64,000 nucleotides of DNA from a virus. Location of the stretch: the IMG/VR virus record IMGVR_UViG_3300021256_000098; one strand, 5' to 3'. The position numbers were made by a program, and so were the translations under genes. The notes beneath the pieces are model-generated. The model did not search any database. It was not told where the DNA came from and saw nothing but the letters and a program-made list of their open reading frames with translations. This document shows positions 50,018 to 59,913 of the stretch, one piece after another (position 1 is the first letter of the stretch; each line of letters begins with the position of its first letter).

Positions 50018-50419
50018 ATGTGTTTTATGGAGGTTTATCAGATACTTTGTTTGCTCGGTCTTCCCTCTTTGGTGTCTGGTGCTGTTGTATATTGTGTGAA
50101 AAAAATTGTGGCTATGATAGAAAGAATCGAATGTGCCAAGCAACAACAGATTGATAATAGTCGCCACGAGATAGAGAAAATTCAGAACCGAATTGATCTA
50201 TTAGAACACTCACAACAAGCACAGTTAAGAGATAGTCTGATAGCAAATTATGAAAAATATGCAGCCCAAGGTAGTGCGCCCCTTTATGCAAAAGATAATT
50301 TTGAAAATTGTTGGATGTGGTATCACAGCTTGGGTGCTAACGGTGTCATGGACGATATTCACGCAAAGTTCATGGCACTACCTATACATCCCGAAGGAGA
50401 TGATTCAAATGAGAATTGA
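50018..50419 (+). CDS. membrane-anchored coiled-coil protein (possible holin-associated/antiholin)
   Basis: N-terminal TM segment. Overlaps the holin start. Confidence 0.4.
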   Translation: MCFMEVYQILCLLGLPSLVSGAVVYCVKKIVAMIERIECAKQQQIDNSRHEIEKIQNRIDLLEHSQQAQLRDSLIANYEKYAAQGSAPLYAKDNFENCWMWYHSLGANGVMDDIHAKFMALPIHPEGDDSNEN

Positions 50420-50684
50420 TGTTACAAAAATCAGTTCGGCAACTGTAACACGTTTTATTGTTTTAGTATTAGCTTTAGTCAATCAAGTTCTGTCAGCGTC
50501 CGGGCACCCTGTTCTTCCCATTGATGACGCTCAAGTTGAAATGTTGGTTACTTCCCTGTTTACTGTGGGTTCTGCCCTCGTCGGTTATTGGTTTGACAAC
50601 GATGTTACTCGTTATGCGATTGAACGCAAAAAAGCCGGAGAGGAAATTATGTCCGCTCAAGAAGATACTGTAGATACATACTAA
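50409..50684 (+). CDS. holin (two TM helices, charged C-terminus)
   Basis: ATG at 50409 with a ggagatg RBS region. 91 aa. Typical class II holin topology. Confidence 0.55.
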   Translation: MRIDVTKISSATVTRFIVLVLALVNQVLSASGHPVLPIDDAQVEMLVTSLFTVGSALVGYWFDNDVTRYAIERKKAGEEIMSAQEDTVDTY

Positions 50685-50737
50685 GAGTTAAGGAGCTGTC
50701 GGACTTCGGCAGCTCCATTTTATTATGAGGTGAAATA

Positions 50738-51022
50738 ATGTTTATAGACGTTGTAAGGAAAGAAATTACAGCTAATTCTCCCGAAACATTTCAATTAAAA
50801 ATCAGTGCTTGCAGTTTTCAGGTAAAGAATTTCACTGATGGCGCCGTATTGGTATGCTTAGATCATTGGAATGAAGATGAATCTGTAATGATTGGCGCGG
50901 GTATGTGTGAGGTTATCAACAGTAATCCAGACTTTGACCGTGGCATGACACGCACGCCAACAAATAAGGTTGTTGTCAAAGGCGAACAGTCTGGTTTGGT
51001 AGAAGTTATTCGTTTTGACTAA
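50738..51022 (+). CDS. hypothetical (94 aa)
   Basis: RBS gaggtga. Confidence 0.4.
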   Translation: MFIDVVRKEITANSPETFQLKISACSFQVKNFTDGAVLVCLDHWNEDESVMIGAGMCEVINSNPDFDRGMTRTPTNKVVVKGEQSGLVEVIRFD

Positions 51023-51057
51023 TAGTGTAATCTTATTTGTATTTTTTATTCATCGTA

Positions 51058-51080
51058 CTTCTGTGACATTATCACAGAAG
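51058..51080. promoter_or_regulatory. 23-bp palindromic motif, copy 1 (cttctgtgacattatcacagaag), in the leader of gene 51101
   Basis: 9-bp inverted arms with a 5-bp spacer. One of 6 copies in the window. Confidence 0.6.
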
Positions 51081-51100
51081 TTTGCAAAGAAAGGACTACT

Positions 51101-51628
51101 ATGATTGAAAGAAAATCAATAATTGCCTCTACCCTTGGCGTTCAAAATCATGGTGGCAGTGGTGGAGATGTAGATTTAAGTGAATACAGGAAATATGTAG
51201 ATCAAGATGTGATTGATGCGGCACTGACTGCGAAGGTGACGGCATTAGAAGATAAAGCCGAACGCTTTGTTGTACATTGTACTGCCTCTTCTATCCCGCC
51301 TTTTGGAGGAGCATTTGATATTGCTACTGATAAATCGTTCAATGATATATTATCTGCATACAACAGTAATAGAGAGGTATGCGCTATTTTGACGTCATCC
51401 GCAATGCAAGGTGTTGCATTCCTTACAGGCATTGCTCCGGATGCTGCTATATTTTACACTCTCATTACTTTAGGTTCGCAAAGCAATCTTATGTACTTAC
51501 TCGTTTGTATTAGTAACGATAAACCGTTTGGCGTATTGATGTCTGCAACATATGATGATACTGATATTTCTAATCGCGTTTCCGCACTGGAAACCGCGCT
51601 GACAGGACTAGACGAGGTGATCGGATGA
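51101..51628 (+). CDS. hypothetical (175 aa)
   Basis: ORF preceded by the palindromic motif. Confidence 0.45.
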   Translation: MIERKSIIASTLGVQNHGGSGGDVDLSEYRKYVDQDVIDAALTAKVTALEDKAERFVVHCTASSIPPFGGAFDIATDKSFNDILSAYNSNREVCAILTSSAMQGVAFLTGIAPDAAIFYTLITLGSQSNLMYLLVCISNDKPFGVLMSATYDDTDISNRVSALETALTGLDEVIG

Positions 51629-53136
51629 GTACATATGTTGAGCGTATTCAAGCGCAGATTGATAAAGCGAATACTGCAACGGGAAAAGATGATTCCACGC
51701 TGGTACAAGCCGTTCAATCGCTCGTCGACGGCTACGGTGCAGGCGGCGGCGATTCCGGGGCGGAAGATATGCTGAAAGGCTTGATCGAACGCTCTGCAAC
51801 GGAAATCACGATCCCAAACGGTGTGACGAGCATCGGGGATTATGGGTTTGCATATTATTCCGGCCTGACCAGCATCACGATCCCGAACAGCGTGACAAGC
51901 ATCGGGAGTAATGCGTTTTTTAACTGTGCAAAATTAGCTAGTATTACGATCCCGGGCAGTGTGAAAACCATCGGAACCTTCGCATTTCAAAGGTGTTCAC
52001 AACTTGCCAGCGTCACAATCCTGAACGGCGTGACGAGCATCAAGGATTATGCGTTTTACAACTGTGCAGAATTAGCTAGCATCACAATTCCGAACAGCGT
52101 GACAAGCATCGGGAGTAATGCGTTCAAGGGTATCAACGCGAACGCCGTAATCACTTGCAAATTCGCAGAAGGCGCGGTGTCAGGTGCGCCGTGGGGTGCG
52201 CCAGACACGGTTCAAATTATTTACGAACGACGTGTATATACTGTATATTTTTATAACGGTTCTACGCTGTTACAGACGGTTGAAGGAGTACAAGCAGGAG
52301 GAACGGCGACTTATACCGGGGAGACCCCGACAAGGACTGGCGTGGAGAACCCTGAGGACTATTCGTTCAGCGGATGGTCGCCGTCTAACACCAACATCCA
52401 GAGCAACACATCCTGCTATGCACAGTTCAATTATACTGGCGTGCCGGAGACCATTACGGATAGTTGGGACGACATCATCGCGGCGGTCAACAACGGGACC
52501 TATGCCAGCAAGTACAGCGTCGGAGACACCAAGCAAATCGACCTCGGCACGGAGGGTATCGTGGCTATGCAGATTGCGGCCATCGACACCGACGCGCTCG
52601 CCAGCGGCAGCGGAACGGCGGCCATCACATGGATTTCGCAGCAGCTTATCGCTACGAGCCATCGCATGAACCCGGCCAGAGCCGCAGACCCGGAGGATTC
52701 CTCCAAGTATCAGGAGGGTACGGGAACCATCGGCGGCTGGGAAAAGACGGAGATGCGGAGCTGGCTGAAAGAAACGGTCAAGCCGCTTATCCCGGCGAAC
52801 GTATTGGCAGCCATCAAGCCCGTAACGAAGTACAGCAGGATTTACGACACTTCCGGCAGCGCGGTGAACAACGTCACCAGCACGGAGGATGTATGGATTC
52901 CGTCGGCCAGAGAGGTCGGCTTCACCGGGTACGAGACAGAGGGACCGACCTACACCGGGCTGTTTACGGCCAATGCAGACCGTATCAAGAGCAAGACAGG
53001 CGCGTCCAGCGCCTTGTGGTGGCGGCTGCGGTCCGCTTCCGGAAGCGATACCTTCGGTAATGTGCATTCGGCCGGCTCCTATATCAGTTACAGCGCGTAC
53101 TACTCTGGCGCGGTGGTTCTCGGCTTCTGCATATAA
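51625..53136 (+). CDS. BspA-type leucine-rich-repeat protein with a Listeria-Bacteroides-type repeat and a GC-rich C-terminal domain (WWRLRS-containing)
   Basis: At least 4 LRR_5-like repeats (ITIPNSVTSIGSNAF...), YTVYFYNGS...GETPTR repeat. GC rises to ~60% in the last ~900 bp. Confidence 0.65.
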   Translation: MSTYVERIQAQIDKANTATGKDDSTLVQAVQSLVDGYGAGGGDSGAEDMLKGLIERSATEITIPNGVTSIGDYGFAYYSGLTSITIPNSVTSIGSNAFFNCAKLASITIPGSVKTIGTFAFQRCSQLASVTILNGVTSIKDYAFYNCAELASITIPNSVTSIGSNAFKGINANAVITCKFAEGAVSGAPWGAPDTVQIIYERRVYTVYFYNGSTLLQTVEGVQAGGTATYTGETPTRTGVENPEDYSFSGWSPSNTNIQSNTSCYAQFNYTGVPETITDSWDDIIAAVNNGTYASKYSVGDTKQIDLGTEGIVAMQIAAIDTDALASGSGTAAITWISQQLIATSHRMNPARAADPEDSSKYQEGTGTIGGWEKTEMRSWLKETVKPLIPANVLAAIKPVTKYSRIYDTSGSAVNNVTSTEDVWIPSAREVGFTGYETEGPTYTGLFTANADRIKSKTGASSALWWRLRSASGSDTFGNVHSAGSYISYSAYYSGAVVLGFCI

Positions 53137-53189
53137 TCCGCAAACCCCTAATCTGGCTCCCTTTGTGGGGCCAGATAGGATTTGTCGGC

Positions 53190-53225
<36 letters not shown>

Positions 53226-53254
53226 ATAAAACATAATTTAAGGAGGATATTATC

Positions 53255-53578
53255 ATGAAATTGCAATTGATTCTTAAAGATAGAACAGTCATTGACATCG
53301 CGGAGGCTGGGTACACGAAGCATTTTGTCGTTACCTGCGCGGATGCGGATGCGTTCAAAGAAATCTGGGACAAGATGACGGACGAGAATCTGTCTGAGGT
53401 TCAGATCGCAGAAGATGGGAACACGATTCATACGATTGCCGGGATGACGCTGAACGGAACTCAGACGGTTAGCAATTCGGACGGCACGCTTACCGGACAT
53501 TTGTACATGGACGGCGGCGAGTATGTGGGGGATGAATACTCCGACGCTGGGCGAATTTTGCTTGGGGAGGAGGAATAA
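53255..53578 (+). CDS. hypothetical (107 aa), relatively GC-rich
   Basis: RBS aggagg. Confidence 0.4.
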   Translation: MKLQLILKDRTVIDIAEAGYTKHFVVTCADADAFKEIWDKMTDENLSEVQIAEDGNTIHTIAGMTLNGTQTVSNSDGTLTGHLYMDGGEYVGDEYSDAGRILLGEEE

Positions 53579-53581
53579 ACC

Positions 53582-53998
53582 ATGAGCGAAATCATTGAGA
53601 GAGCGCGACAGTTGAGAGTAAAAATCGAGGAGTTGGCAACAAATCACATTGAAGATGGTGTCGCAGCGGATTTCAAAGAACTTTTTCCCGCGTGGGACGG
53701 TAACGGAAAGGCATATACGGCTGGTGATCGTGTACGCTTCGCAGGAATCATATACAAAGTATTACAAGATCATACATCTCAATCTAACTGGACGCCTGAT
53801 GCTACCCCCTCTTTATTTACAGAAGTTCTTATCCCCGATCCGTCTGTAATTCCCGAATGGAAACAACCCGATAGCACCAATCCGTATATGAAAGGCGATG
53901 TTGTTTCGCATAATGGATTTACATGGGAATCGTTAATTGATAACAACGTATGGGAGCCGACAGAATCTTTATCTACTTTATGGAAAAAGATTTCGTGA
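53582..53998 (+). CDS. protein with two CBM5/12 (chitin-binding type 3)-like domains
   Basis: AWDGNGKAYTAGDRV...W.P and EWK...YMKGDVV...W.P patterns. Confidence 0.45.
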   Translation: MSEIIERARQLRVKIEELATNHIEDGVAADFKELFPAWDGNGKAYTAGDRVRFAGIIYKVLQDHTSQSNWTPDATPSLFTEVLIPDPSVIPEWKQPDSTNPYMKGDVVSHNGFTWESLIDNNVWEPTESLSTLWKKIS

Positions 53999-54009
53999 CG
54001 TTAATTCAA

Positions 54010-54032
54010 CTTCTGCGATATTGTCACAGAAG
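54010..54032. promoter_or_regulatory. 23-bp palindromic motif, copy 2 (cttctgcgatattgtcacagaag), in the leader of the endolysin gene
   Basis: Same motif family. Confidence 0.55.
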
Positions 54033-54056
54033 TTTCATTGGAGGTGATAAAACCAC

Positions 54057-54971
54057 ATGAGTTATCAAGTGAAATTTCAAACCGAGTCTGCATATAAAAA
54101 CATTCGCTATGGACAAGGCACAATATATTCCTCTGCTTGTGGTTGTGCGAGTTTATGTAATGTCTTAAATGTATTAGGTATTGCCAACGTCAGTGTCCCT
54201 ACGATGTGCAAGTTTGCTGTTTCGGTTGGGGCGCGTGTTGTCGGTGGCACCGATGAACAAACCTTACTGAAATATGCTTCTAAGAAATATAATTTTACAT
54301 ATAAAGCCACAAGCAAAAATTCAGAATTACTCGCACACTTAAAAGCAGGTGGCGCAGCGATTTTACATGCAGGAAATAGTTATAAATTATTTTCTAATTC
54401 TGGCCATTTTGTAGCTGCGGTTGCGGCGCAAGGTTCTACTGTTACTGTACTGGATAGTTACTGGTATACAAATAAATACGGACGTTATTCAAAACAAAGT
54501 GTACGTCATGATGTACAAGTTGTTTCAAAGGGTGTTATCAAAACATCTATTGCAAAAATTGGATATGCAACAAGTGATAGAAGTCCTAGTTATTATTTAA
54601 TTAGTAAAAATAGGAGTGACACTAAGGATATGACAGATGCTCAAGTATATGCCTTAATTGAAAAGGCTGCGAAAAATACTGCTGCTAAAATTGTTGATGA
54701 TTGGGCAAAGGATGCGTGGACACGGGCTACAAAAGTTGGCATTGTTGATGGTAGCGCACCTAAGTCTCCGCTGACCCGTGAACAATTTATTATAATAGCC
54801 GACAAACTTGGTTTAATAGACAACACAAAGCCTGCTTCTAATTGGGCAAAATCAGCATGGGACGCCGCTACTGATGCTGGTATCGTGGACGGCTCTAATC
54901 CTCGTGGATATGTTACTAGAGAAATGTTGGCACAGATTTTGCAGAATTTAAGTCTTGTAGGCCGTAAGTAA
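54057..54971 (+). CDS. endolysin: papain-like (C39_2/CHAP-type) cysteine peptidase domain plus two C-terminal SLH-like motifs
   Basis: Cys (SSACGC) and His (SGHFVAAV) catalytic candidates. DDWAKDAW...TREQ and NWAKSAW...TREM are SLH-like. Confidence 0.55.
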   Translation: MSYQVKFQTESAYKNIRYGQGTIYSSACGCASLCNVLNVLGIANVSVPTMCKFAVSVGARVVGGTDEQTLLKYASKKYNFTYKATSKNSELLAHLKAGGAAILHAGNSYKLFSNSGHFVAAVAAQGSTVTVLDSYWYTNKYGRYSKQSVRHDVQVVSKGVIKTSIAKIGYATSDRSPSYYLISKNRSDTKDMTDAQVYALIEKAAKNTAAKIVDDWAKDAWTRATKVGIVDGSAPKSPLTREQFIIIADKLGLIDNTKPASNWAKSAWDAATDAGIVDGSNPRGYVTREMLAQILQNLSLVGRK

Positions 54972-55030
54972 ATTTTAATAGGGGTACTCTTTATGGGTAT
55001 CCCTATTTTTAGCACTTATATGCTCCGCGA

Positions 55031-55141
55031 CTTCTGCGACATTATCACAGAAGTTGAAAATAGCAAAAGAAAAACCTCTGCGACATTATCACAGAGGTTA
55101 GAGGAATGGGAGGTGCTACTTCTGCGACATTATCACAGAAG
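55031..55141. promoter_or_regulatory. cluster of three copies of the 23-bp palindromic motif (55031-55053, 55075-55097, 55119-55141) between the convergent endolysin and rep genes
   Basis: Copy 2 carries compensatory changes (cCtc...gaGg) that preserve the symmetry. Confidence 0.6.
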
Positions 55142-56695
55142 TTATAAGATATACTTTAGGTTTGTTAGGCACCATTCTAAAGTCATGTGACTTACAAATG
55201 GATCAAAATTATTGTTGCTATGTTTAATATCAGAATTTATAATAGTGGTAGCATACGCATACGCATTAAATGTTAATGTGTCTTTATCGTTCATATACAG
55301 ATACGATTTCCAAAGCGCATTTAGAATAACTCGAATGTCAACATCATTGCGATAACATTCCAATATTTTTCTGTAGAATGAATAATCAATCCCGTTAAAT
55401 TTACAAGTATTTTCTGCAAAGTTCCGTATTGAAATAATATAAGTTTCTAATTCACTAACTTCCGACGTAGTTGACACAAATGGTTCATTGGATAAAACAA
55501 GTCTTTTATAATTGGCTCTTGCGGCGTCATCGCTACCAAACGACTTATATTCGATCTCACTTACCCTATCGTAATCAAATAGCTGTTGGTTAGCGTCGGT
55601 AAGAGGTAATGTTCCCGTCGCATATATATCCATCATCTTTCTTGCGTATGCCTCAACTGACTTTTCGATCATTCCAGCTTGATCTTTTTGCGCTGTATCT
55701 TCTATGGCCTGTCTAACCATACCTACTCGCACAAATTGGTCGTAGCACTCTCCGATCTTCTTCGTCAGTTTCTTACCAACCGTTCGATGCACTGTGTCTG
55801 CATAATATTGTGTCAACTCGTAAATATATTTATCTCGTGTTTTTGTAGATGTTACAATCTGTTCATTGTCGTTTTTGTTTTGACTTTCTTTCATTCTAAC
55901 AAACAATTCAAATGAATACATCCCGTTACGCTTAATAGGTGTACACTGAATAGCAAGCTCTGTCTGTGCGCTTACAGTATTTGCAGACTCTTTAATCAGT
56001 CTAACAAAGTCTCGGTCTTGTTTATATTTGTTACCTTGCCCTATGAATGTTCGTAATTCTTCTAGTGTACAAACAAACGGTTTACCTTCTTTATTGTTCT
56101 GTTGGATCAAACTAAAATACGAAATGCAATACTCATACAGTCTTATTGTTACAGGATTTGGCAGACTTAGAATGTTTTCGATCTCATAGGTTGTGTAATA
56201 ATCTTTTAATTGCACAATGTATGGAATTAAATCAGGGTTCAACTTCAATATCAAACCACCTGTTTGTGGCGTAAATTCCGAAGTAGTAACCCAATTGATT
56301 CGTTTAATTACATCTCTACCATATTCGTCCTGCTCTGTTAATTCTGTTTGGATTCGTGTCATTTCACGAATTACATCGGGCAGTTTATAGTAGATTCGTT
56401 TTGACATACCGATGTATTTTGCAAAATCTAAAACATTGCAGTGGTAAGTCAGACACGCATCATTTACATCGTTGACTGAAGAAATAATTTGTCTGATTAG
56501 TTTGATCTGTAATGTTGTCATTGGTTTCGGGGGAGGAGAGTTTTTTGTTCCATCGTCTGGCATAATCATCCCCGGAGCGCGGATCAATTTATTTTTAATG
56601 GTAACGCGACCATTTTTATCAAGCAATAATTTCTTATCCATATTCCCATCCTCCTTGCAGTGATTATATATCAAGTGTTTAACTTTGTCAATCAA
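55142..56695 (-). CDS. rep: Rep_3-family plasmid replication initiator (RepA/RepB, WH1-WH2)
   Basis: W...F....L.PY...LK.Y.T.Y....LSL....T.RLYEY... profile. Iteron array immediately upstream. Confidence 0.75.
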   Translation of the reverse strand: MIDKVKHLIYNHCKEDGNMDKKLLLDKNGRVTIKNKLIRAPGMIMPDDGTKNSPPPKPMTTLQIKLIRQIISSVNDVNDACLTYHCNVLDFAKYIGMSKRIYYKLPDVIREMTRIQTELTEQDEYGRDVIKRINWVTTSEFTPQTGGLILKLNPDLIPYIVQLKDYYTTYEIENILSLPNPVTIRLYEYCISYFSLIQQNNKEGKPFVCTLEELRTFIGQGNKYKQDRDFVRLIKESANTVSAQTELAIQCTPIKRNGMYSFELFVRMKESQNKNDNEQIVTSTKTRDKYIYELTQYYADTVHRTVGKKLTKKIGECYDQFVRVGMVRQAIEDTAQKDQAGMIEKSVEAYARKMMDIYATGTLPLTDANQQLFDYDRVSEIEYKSFGSDDAARANYKRLVLSNEPFVSTTSEVSELETYIISIRNFAENTCKFNGIDYSFYRKILECYRNDVDIRVILNALWKSYLYMNDKDTLTFNAYAYATTIINSDIKHSNNNFDPFVSHMTLEWCLTNLKYIL

Positions 56696-56953
56696 AACAA
56701 AAAAATTTTTTGTTGAGGTATCAAGGCTTGTCTATAGATTATTAGAAATATGTATGTTACCCAACATGGTTATCAACAGTTTTTCAACAGCATTATACAC
56801 ATGCCATCAAACTCAGAACCATTATATGCCGGACTTATCAACAGGTTTTTACACAACAAAATAGTTATTAACAATGTTATGCACAGACTTATACACAAAA
56901 TTAAAAAATCAGTTACATTTCGTCGCGGATAGAATGCTTCTGCAAAAAATCGA

Positions 56954-57100
56954 GTTACAATTTCTCGCGAATCGGTTACAATCTCTCGCGAATTGGTTAC
57001 AATTCCTCGCGTTTACTAGTTACAATTTCTCGCGGTCGAGTTACAATCTCTCGCGAATCAGTTACAATTTCTCGCGAATCGGTTACAATCTCTCGCGCCC
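56954..57100. repeat. iterons: 7 direct repeats of 21-23 bp (gttacaatYtctcgcgaatcg)
   Basis: Units at 56954, 56975, 56996, 57019, 57040, 57061 and 57082, followed by an AT-rich DUE-like region at 57100-57400. Confidence 0.85.
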
Positions 57101-57413
57101 TACATTATAAGAAAAAGAATAAGAATTATTTTTGAAAATTTTTTGTGCGAAATTAGAAAAAGAACGTGTAAAAAATTTTTAGAATTTTTTTATTCAATCA
57201 AGCGACGCAGTCTCCCGCAACAGTTACGATGTGTCATATTAAAACTCAAAACCAGTTCTATAAACCGGCATTTTCAAAAGTCTCTTTTGTGAACGGTGGT
57301 TTATAATTCATTTTCACCTGTTTTTAATTTTAAGCATTCGCGTGAATATTTTTGAATAAAAGTCTTTACAAATGATTCACTTTGATGTATACTGACGATA
57401 GTGAGGTGAGACT

Positions 57414-57560
57414 ATGAAGACTATTACAGTTCGCATTGATGATGAGTTGCATGAACAACTCGTCGCATGTGCAGCCAAAGAACATCGTTCCATTAGTAAT
57501 CTGATTAAAACTATCATCTTAGATTACATGGATAGGGAGGGGCAGAAGAATGAAGGCTAA
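57414..57560 (+). CDS. ribbon-helix-helix (CopG/Arc-like) protein, 48 aa, not in the ORF track; likely par operon regulator
   Basis: ITVRIDDELHEQLVACAAKEHRSISNLIKTII is a classic RHH. Overlaps the parA start. Confidence 0.55.
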   Translation: MKTITVRIDDELHEQLVACAAKEHRSISNLIKTIILDYMDREGQKNEG

Positions 57561-58311
57561 GATCATTGCTTTTGCAAACCAAAAAGGAGGAGTTGCCAAG
57601 ACAACATCTTCCGTGATGACCGCAGGGAAGTTGTCAGACATGGGATATAAAACCTTATTGGTTGACGCTGATCCGCAGGGAAGTGCTACAAGATACGTTT
57701 ATAAAGATTTTGATGAAACAACTAATGACTTGTATGATGTATTGACAAGTGCATGTGAGGTATCACAGGGAATCATTCATGATACAGACTTTGGCGATCT
57801 GATTGCAGCATCAAACAAGTTGTACGACCCTGCGCCCGTAGATAATGACCCTTACATCATCCAGAGAGTATTAGATAGCGTCAGCGATCAATACGATTAT
57901 ATAATTATTGATACGCCGCCAAACCTGGGTATGATGTTGATTGCTGTATTGTTAGCAGCGGATAGTGTTGTTATTCCCACAAAAGCAACGAAAGAATCAG
58001 TGCAAGGCGTTGACGATTTATTCAGCACGATTCAGGAATACACCGAGTACAATTCACGACTAAAGGTAGCCGGATTTTTAATAGTAATGTCGAACGCGCG
58101 TGTTCGCGCAGTTAAAAAGATCACTGAGGAATTACAGGCTTATGCTGATAGTATCGGATGCAAAGTATTTGAACATCGTATCCGTACAGCGGAAGGATTG
58201 TTTGGCGAAGCAGAGATATTCAGCGACAACATTTTCCAGAAATTTGCGCGGCATTCAGCCACAAAAGATTATTGTGGCTTTGTTAATGAATTATTGGAGG
58301 AGATGTCATGA
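57550..58311 (+). CDS. parA: ParA/Soj-family partition ATPase
   Basis: Deviant Walker A KGGVAKTT. 253 aa. Confidence 0.8.
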   Translation: MKAKIIAFANQKGGVAKTTSSVMTAGKLSDMGYKTLLVDADPQGSATRYVYKDFDETTNDLYDVLTSACEVSQGIIHDTDFGDLIAASNKLYDPAPVDNDPYIIQRVLDSVSDQYDYIIIDTPPNLGMMLIAVLLAADSVVIPTKATKESVQGVDDLFSTIQEYTEYNSRLKVAGFLIVMSNARVRAVKKITEELQAYADSIGCKVFEHRIRTAEGLFGEAEIFSDNIFQKFARHSATKDYCGFVNELLEEMS

Positions 58312-59336
58312 GTAGTAGACATAGAGATTTTAGTCAGGCTGCTCCTGTATTTAGAAACAACCCTTCATTCAAAGATAAGGTTGCTATGGCAACATCTAAA
58401 AAACAGGTGCCAGAGTCCGGCGAGGTGGCACGCATGATCCCGTTAGATGATATTGTCTTTTATCATAGAGAAACCTCCTTGAGTGACGGGGGAGAGCAGG
58501 TTGTATTTAAGGATTATGATTCTGCTAAACTCAACTATTTAGCTGACGATATTGAAACAAATGGATTATTAGAACCCATTACAGTGTTCCTGAATGAGAA
58601 TGGGAAATATGAGTGTTTAGCGGGAAAGCATCGGACAAAGGCTTCTCGTTTAGTTGCAGCCAAACATCCTGAACGTAATCAGATCATGGCAATTGTATTG
58701 CCATTAGAAAAAGTATCTGCCAATGAGTGGGCTTATGGTGACTTGGTATATGTGAATAGCAATATGTATCGCCGCAACTCGTTGTCTTTATCGGAATTAG
58801 GTATGGTATACGAAATGATGTTCCGAGCACAATCACATCAAGGGGTTAGAGGATCAAACCCAAACCAAGATATTGCAGATCGAATGCAGGACACTGTATC
58901 TCGCGTGAGGCAGTTACGAAATATTATTCCGGAGAAGATTATAACACAGTTTTTAGAGATGATAGATAAGAAATATATTGCTCTCACTACAGCCGCAGCC
59001 GAACTGTGCTATATAGACAAAGTACACCAAACATCTCTTTATCAGTGGGGAATGAGAACATATCAAGACGCTCCGACACAAGTTGAGCGGCGACTTGGGA
59101 GAACAATGACAAGAGAACATTTATCTGCACTGCGACAACTTATTGCTGAAAAGGGAGAGGAGTGTTCTTTAGCTGACGAGGATTTTGATAGTATTTTTCT
59201 TACTATACCGGTTAAAACATTTCAGTCTCCGAGAAAAAAGTTTTTACAACAACTCGTTCCGGCAGAAGCGTGGGAGAACGTAGAAGAATATTTGCGGATT
59301 GCTGTTGAAGAATATCAAAAAAATCACCAACAATAA
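58308..59336 (+). CDS. parB: ParB-N (ParB/Srx-fold) domain partition protein
   Basis: GLLEPITV...LAGKHRTKA motif. ATGA coupling to parA. Confidence 0.65.
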   Translation: MSSRHRDFSQAAPVFRNNPSFKDKVAMATSKKQVPESGEVARMIPLDDIVFYHRETSLSDGGEQVVFKDYDSAKLNYLADDIETNGLLEPITVFLNENGKYECLAGKHRTKASRLVAAKHPERNQIMAIVLPLEKVSANEWAYGDLVYVNSNMYRRNSLSLSELGMVYEMMFRAQSHQGVRGSNPNQDIADRMQDTVSRVRQLRNIIPEKIITQFLEMIDKKYIALTTAAAELCYIDKVHQTSLYQWGMRTYQDAPTQVERRLGRTMTREHLSALRQLIAEKGEECSLADEDFDSIFLTIPVKTFQSPRKKFLQQLVPAEAWENVEEYLRIAVEEYQKNHQQ

Positions 59337-59340
59337 TTTT

Positions 59341-59370
59341 AGAGCGAGGATAACCCCTCGCTCTATTTTG
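59341..59370 (+). terminator. intrinsic terminator (agagcgagg...cctcgctct + T-run)
   Basis: 9-bp stem followed by attttg. Confidence 0.6.
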
Positions 59371-59371
59371 C

Positions 59372-59400
59372 TTGACAAGTACATATATATATGTTATTAT
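59372..59400 (+). promoter_or_regulatory. sigma-A promoter TTGACA, 17 bp, TATTAT
   Basis: Spacing checked base by base. Confidence 0.6.
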
Positions 59401-59456
59401 AAAAGAGGATTTAACTAATACAAAATAAGCCTAACAAAAGTTTTTAACTAGCAACA

Positions 59457-59479
59457 CTTTTGCGACATTATCACAGAGG
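59457..59479. promoter_or_regulatory. palindromic motif, copy 6 (cttttgcgacattatcacagagg), overlapping the RBS of gene 59488
   Basis: Core tgcgacattatcacag conserved. Confidence 0.5.
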
Positions 59480-59487
59480 AGGTATAT

Positions 59488-59676
59488 ATGAAGAATCCGT
59501 ATCTGAATAAAATGGAAGTCGTTCAGAACTATAATATTCGTGCAGCCGTTGCAACTATGCGTGATGGCTACATCAACGAATATGTAGTAAAAGAATGGGC
59601 AAGAAAACATCATATCAACCCCAGCATCGCGTGGAGTTATGCCCAATATCGAGATAGAAAAAGACGCACAGCGTAA
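59488..59676 (+). CDS. hypothetical (62 aa)
   Basis: RBS ggagg. Confidence 0.4.
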   Translation: MKNPYLNKMEVVQNYNIRAAVATMRDGYINEYVVKEWARKHHINPSIAWSYAQYRDRKRRTA

Positions 59677-59731
59677 AACAACAACCTAAAAAGAGCGTTT
59701 AATTAAACATCATTATTCATGGAGACACAAA

Positions 59732-59900
59732 ATGAATCATGTTATTATGTGTGGCGACACGCTTGAATTAGTCAAAAATATTTAACTTTAGGAGTTGGCA
59801 CAACTTGGATAGTTAGTAAAAGACTTGGTAGGAATTGTGTTGGTTTTGAACTCAATAAAGATTTTTTAATTCTGCCAAACAACGCTTTGCGGAAAGTGTA
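59732..59900 (+). pseudogene. remnant of a beta-class N6/N4 DNA methyltransferase with a large internal deletion
   Basis: N-terminal MNHVIMCGDTLELVKNI (stop), then a C-terminal motif-I-like GVGTTWIVSKRLGRNCVGFELNKDF. Confidence 0.5.
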
Positions 59901-59913
59901 GGTAAATAACATT

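Noticed and set aside
54993-55190. 65-aa ORF covering the palindrome cluster
   Set aside because: Its sequence is just the translation of three copies of the 23-bp motif (FCDIITEV / SATLSQRL / LLRHYHRS). There is no RBS, and it is convergent with rep.
56954-57100. CRISPR array considered for the regularly spaced 21-bp repeats (and for the 44-bp arrays at 1-117 and 1397-1556)
   Set aside because: The repeats are directly abutting with no unique spacers, and no cas genes are present. They fit iterons next to a Rep_3 initiator.
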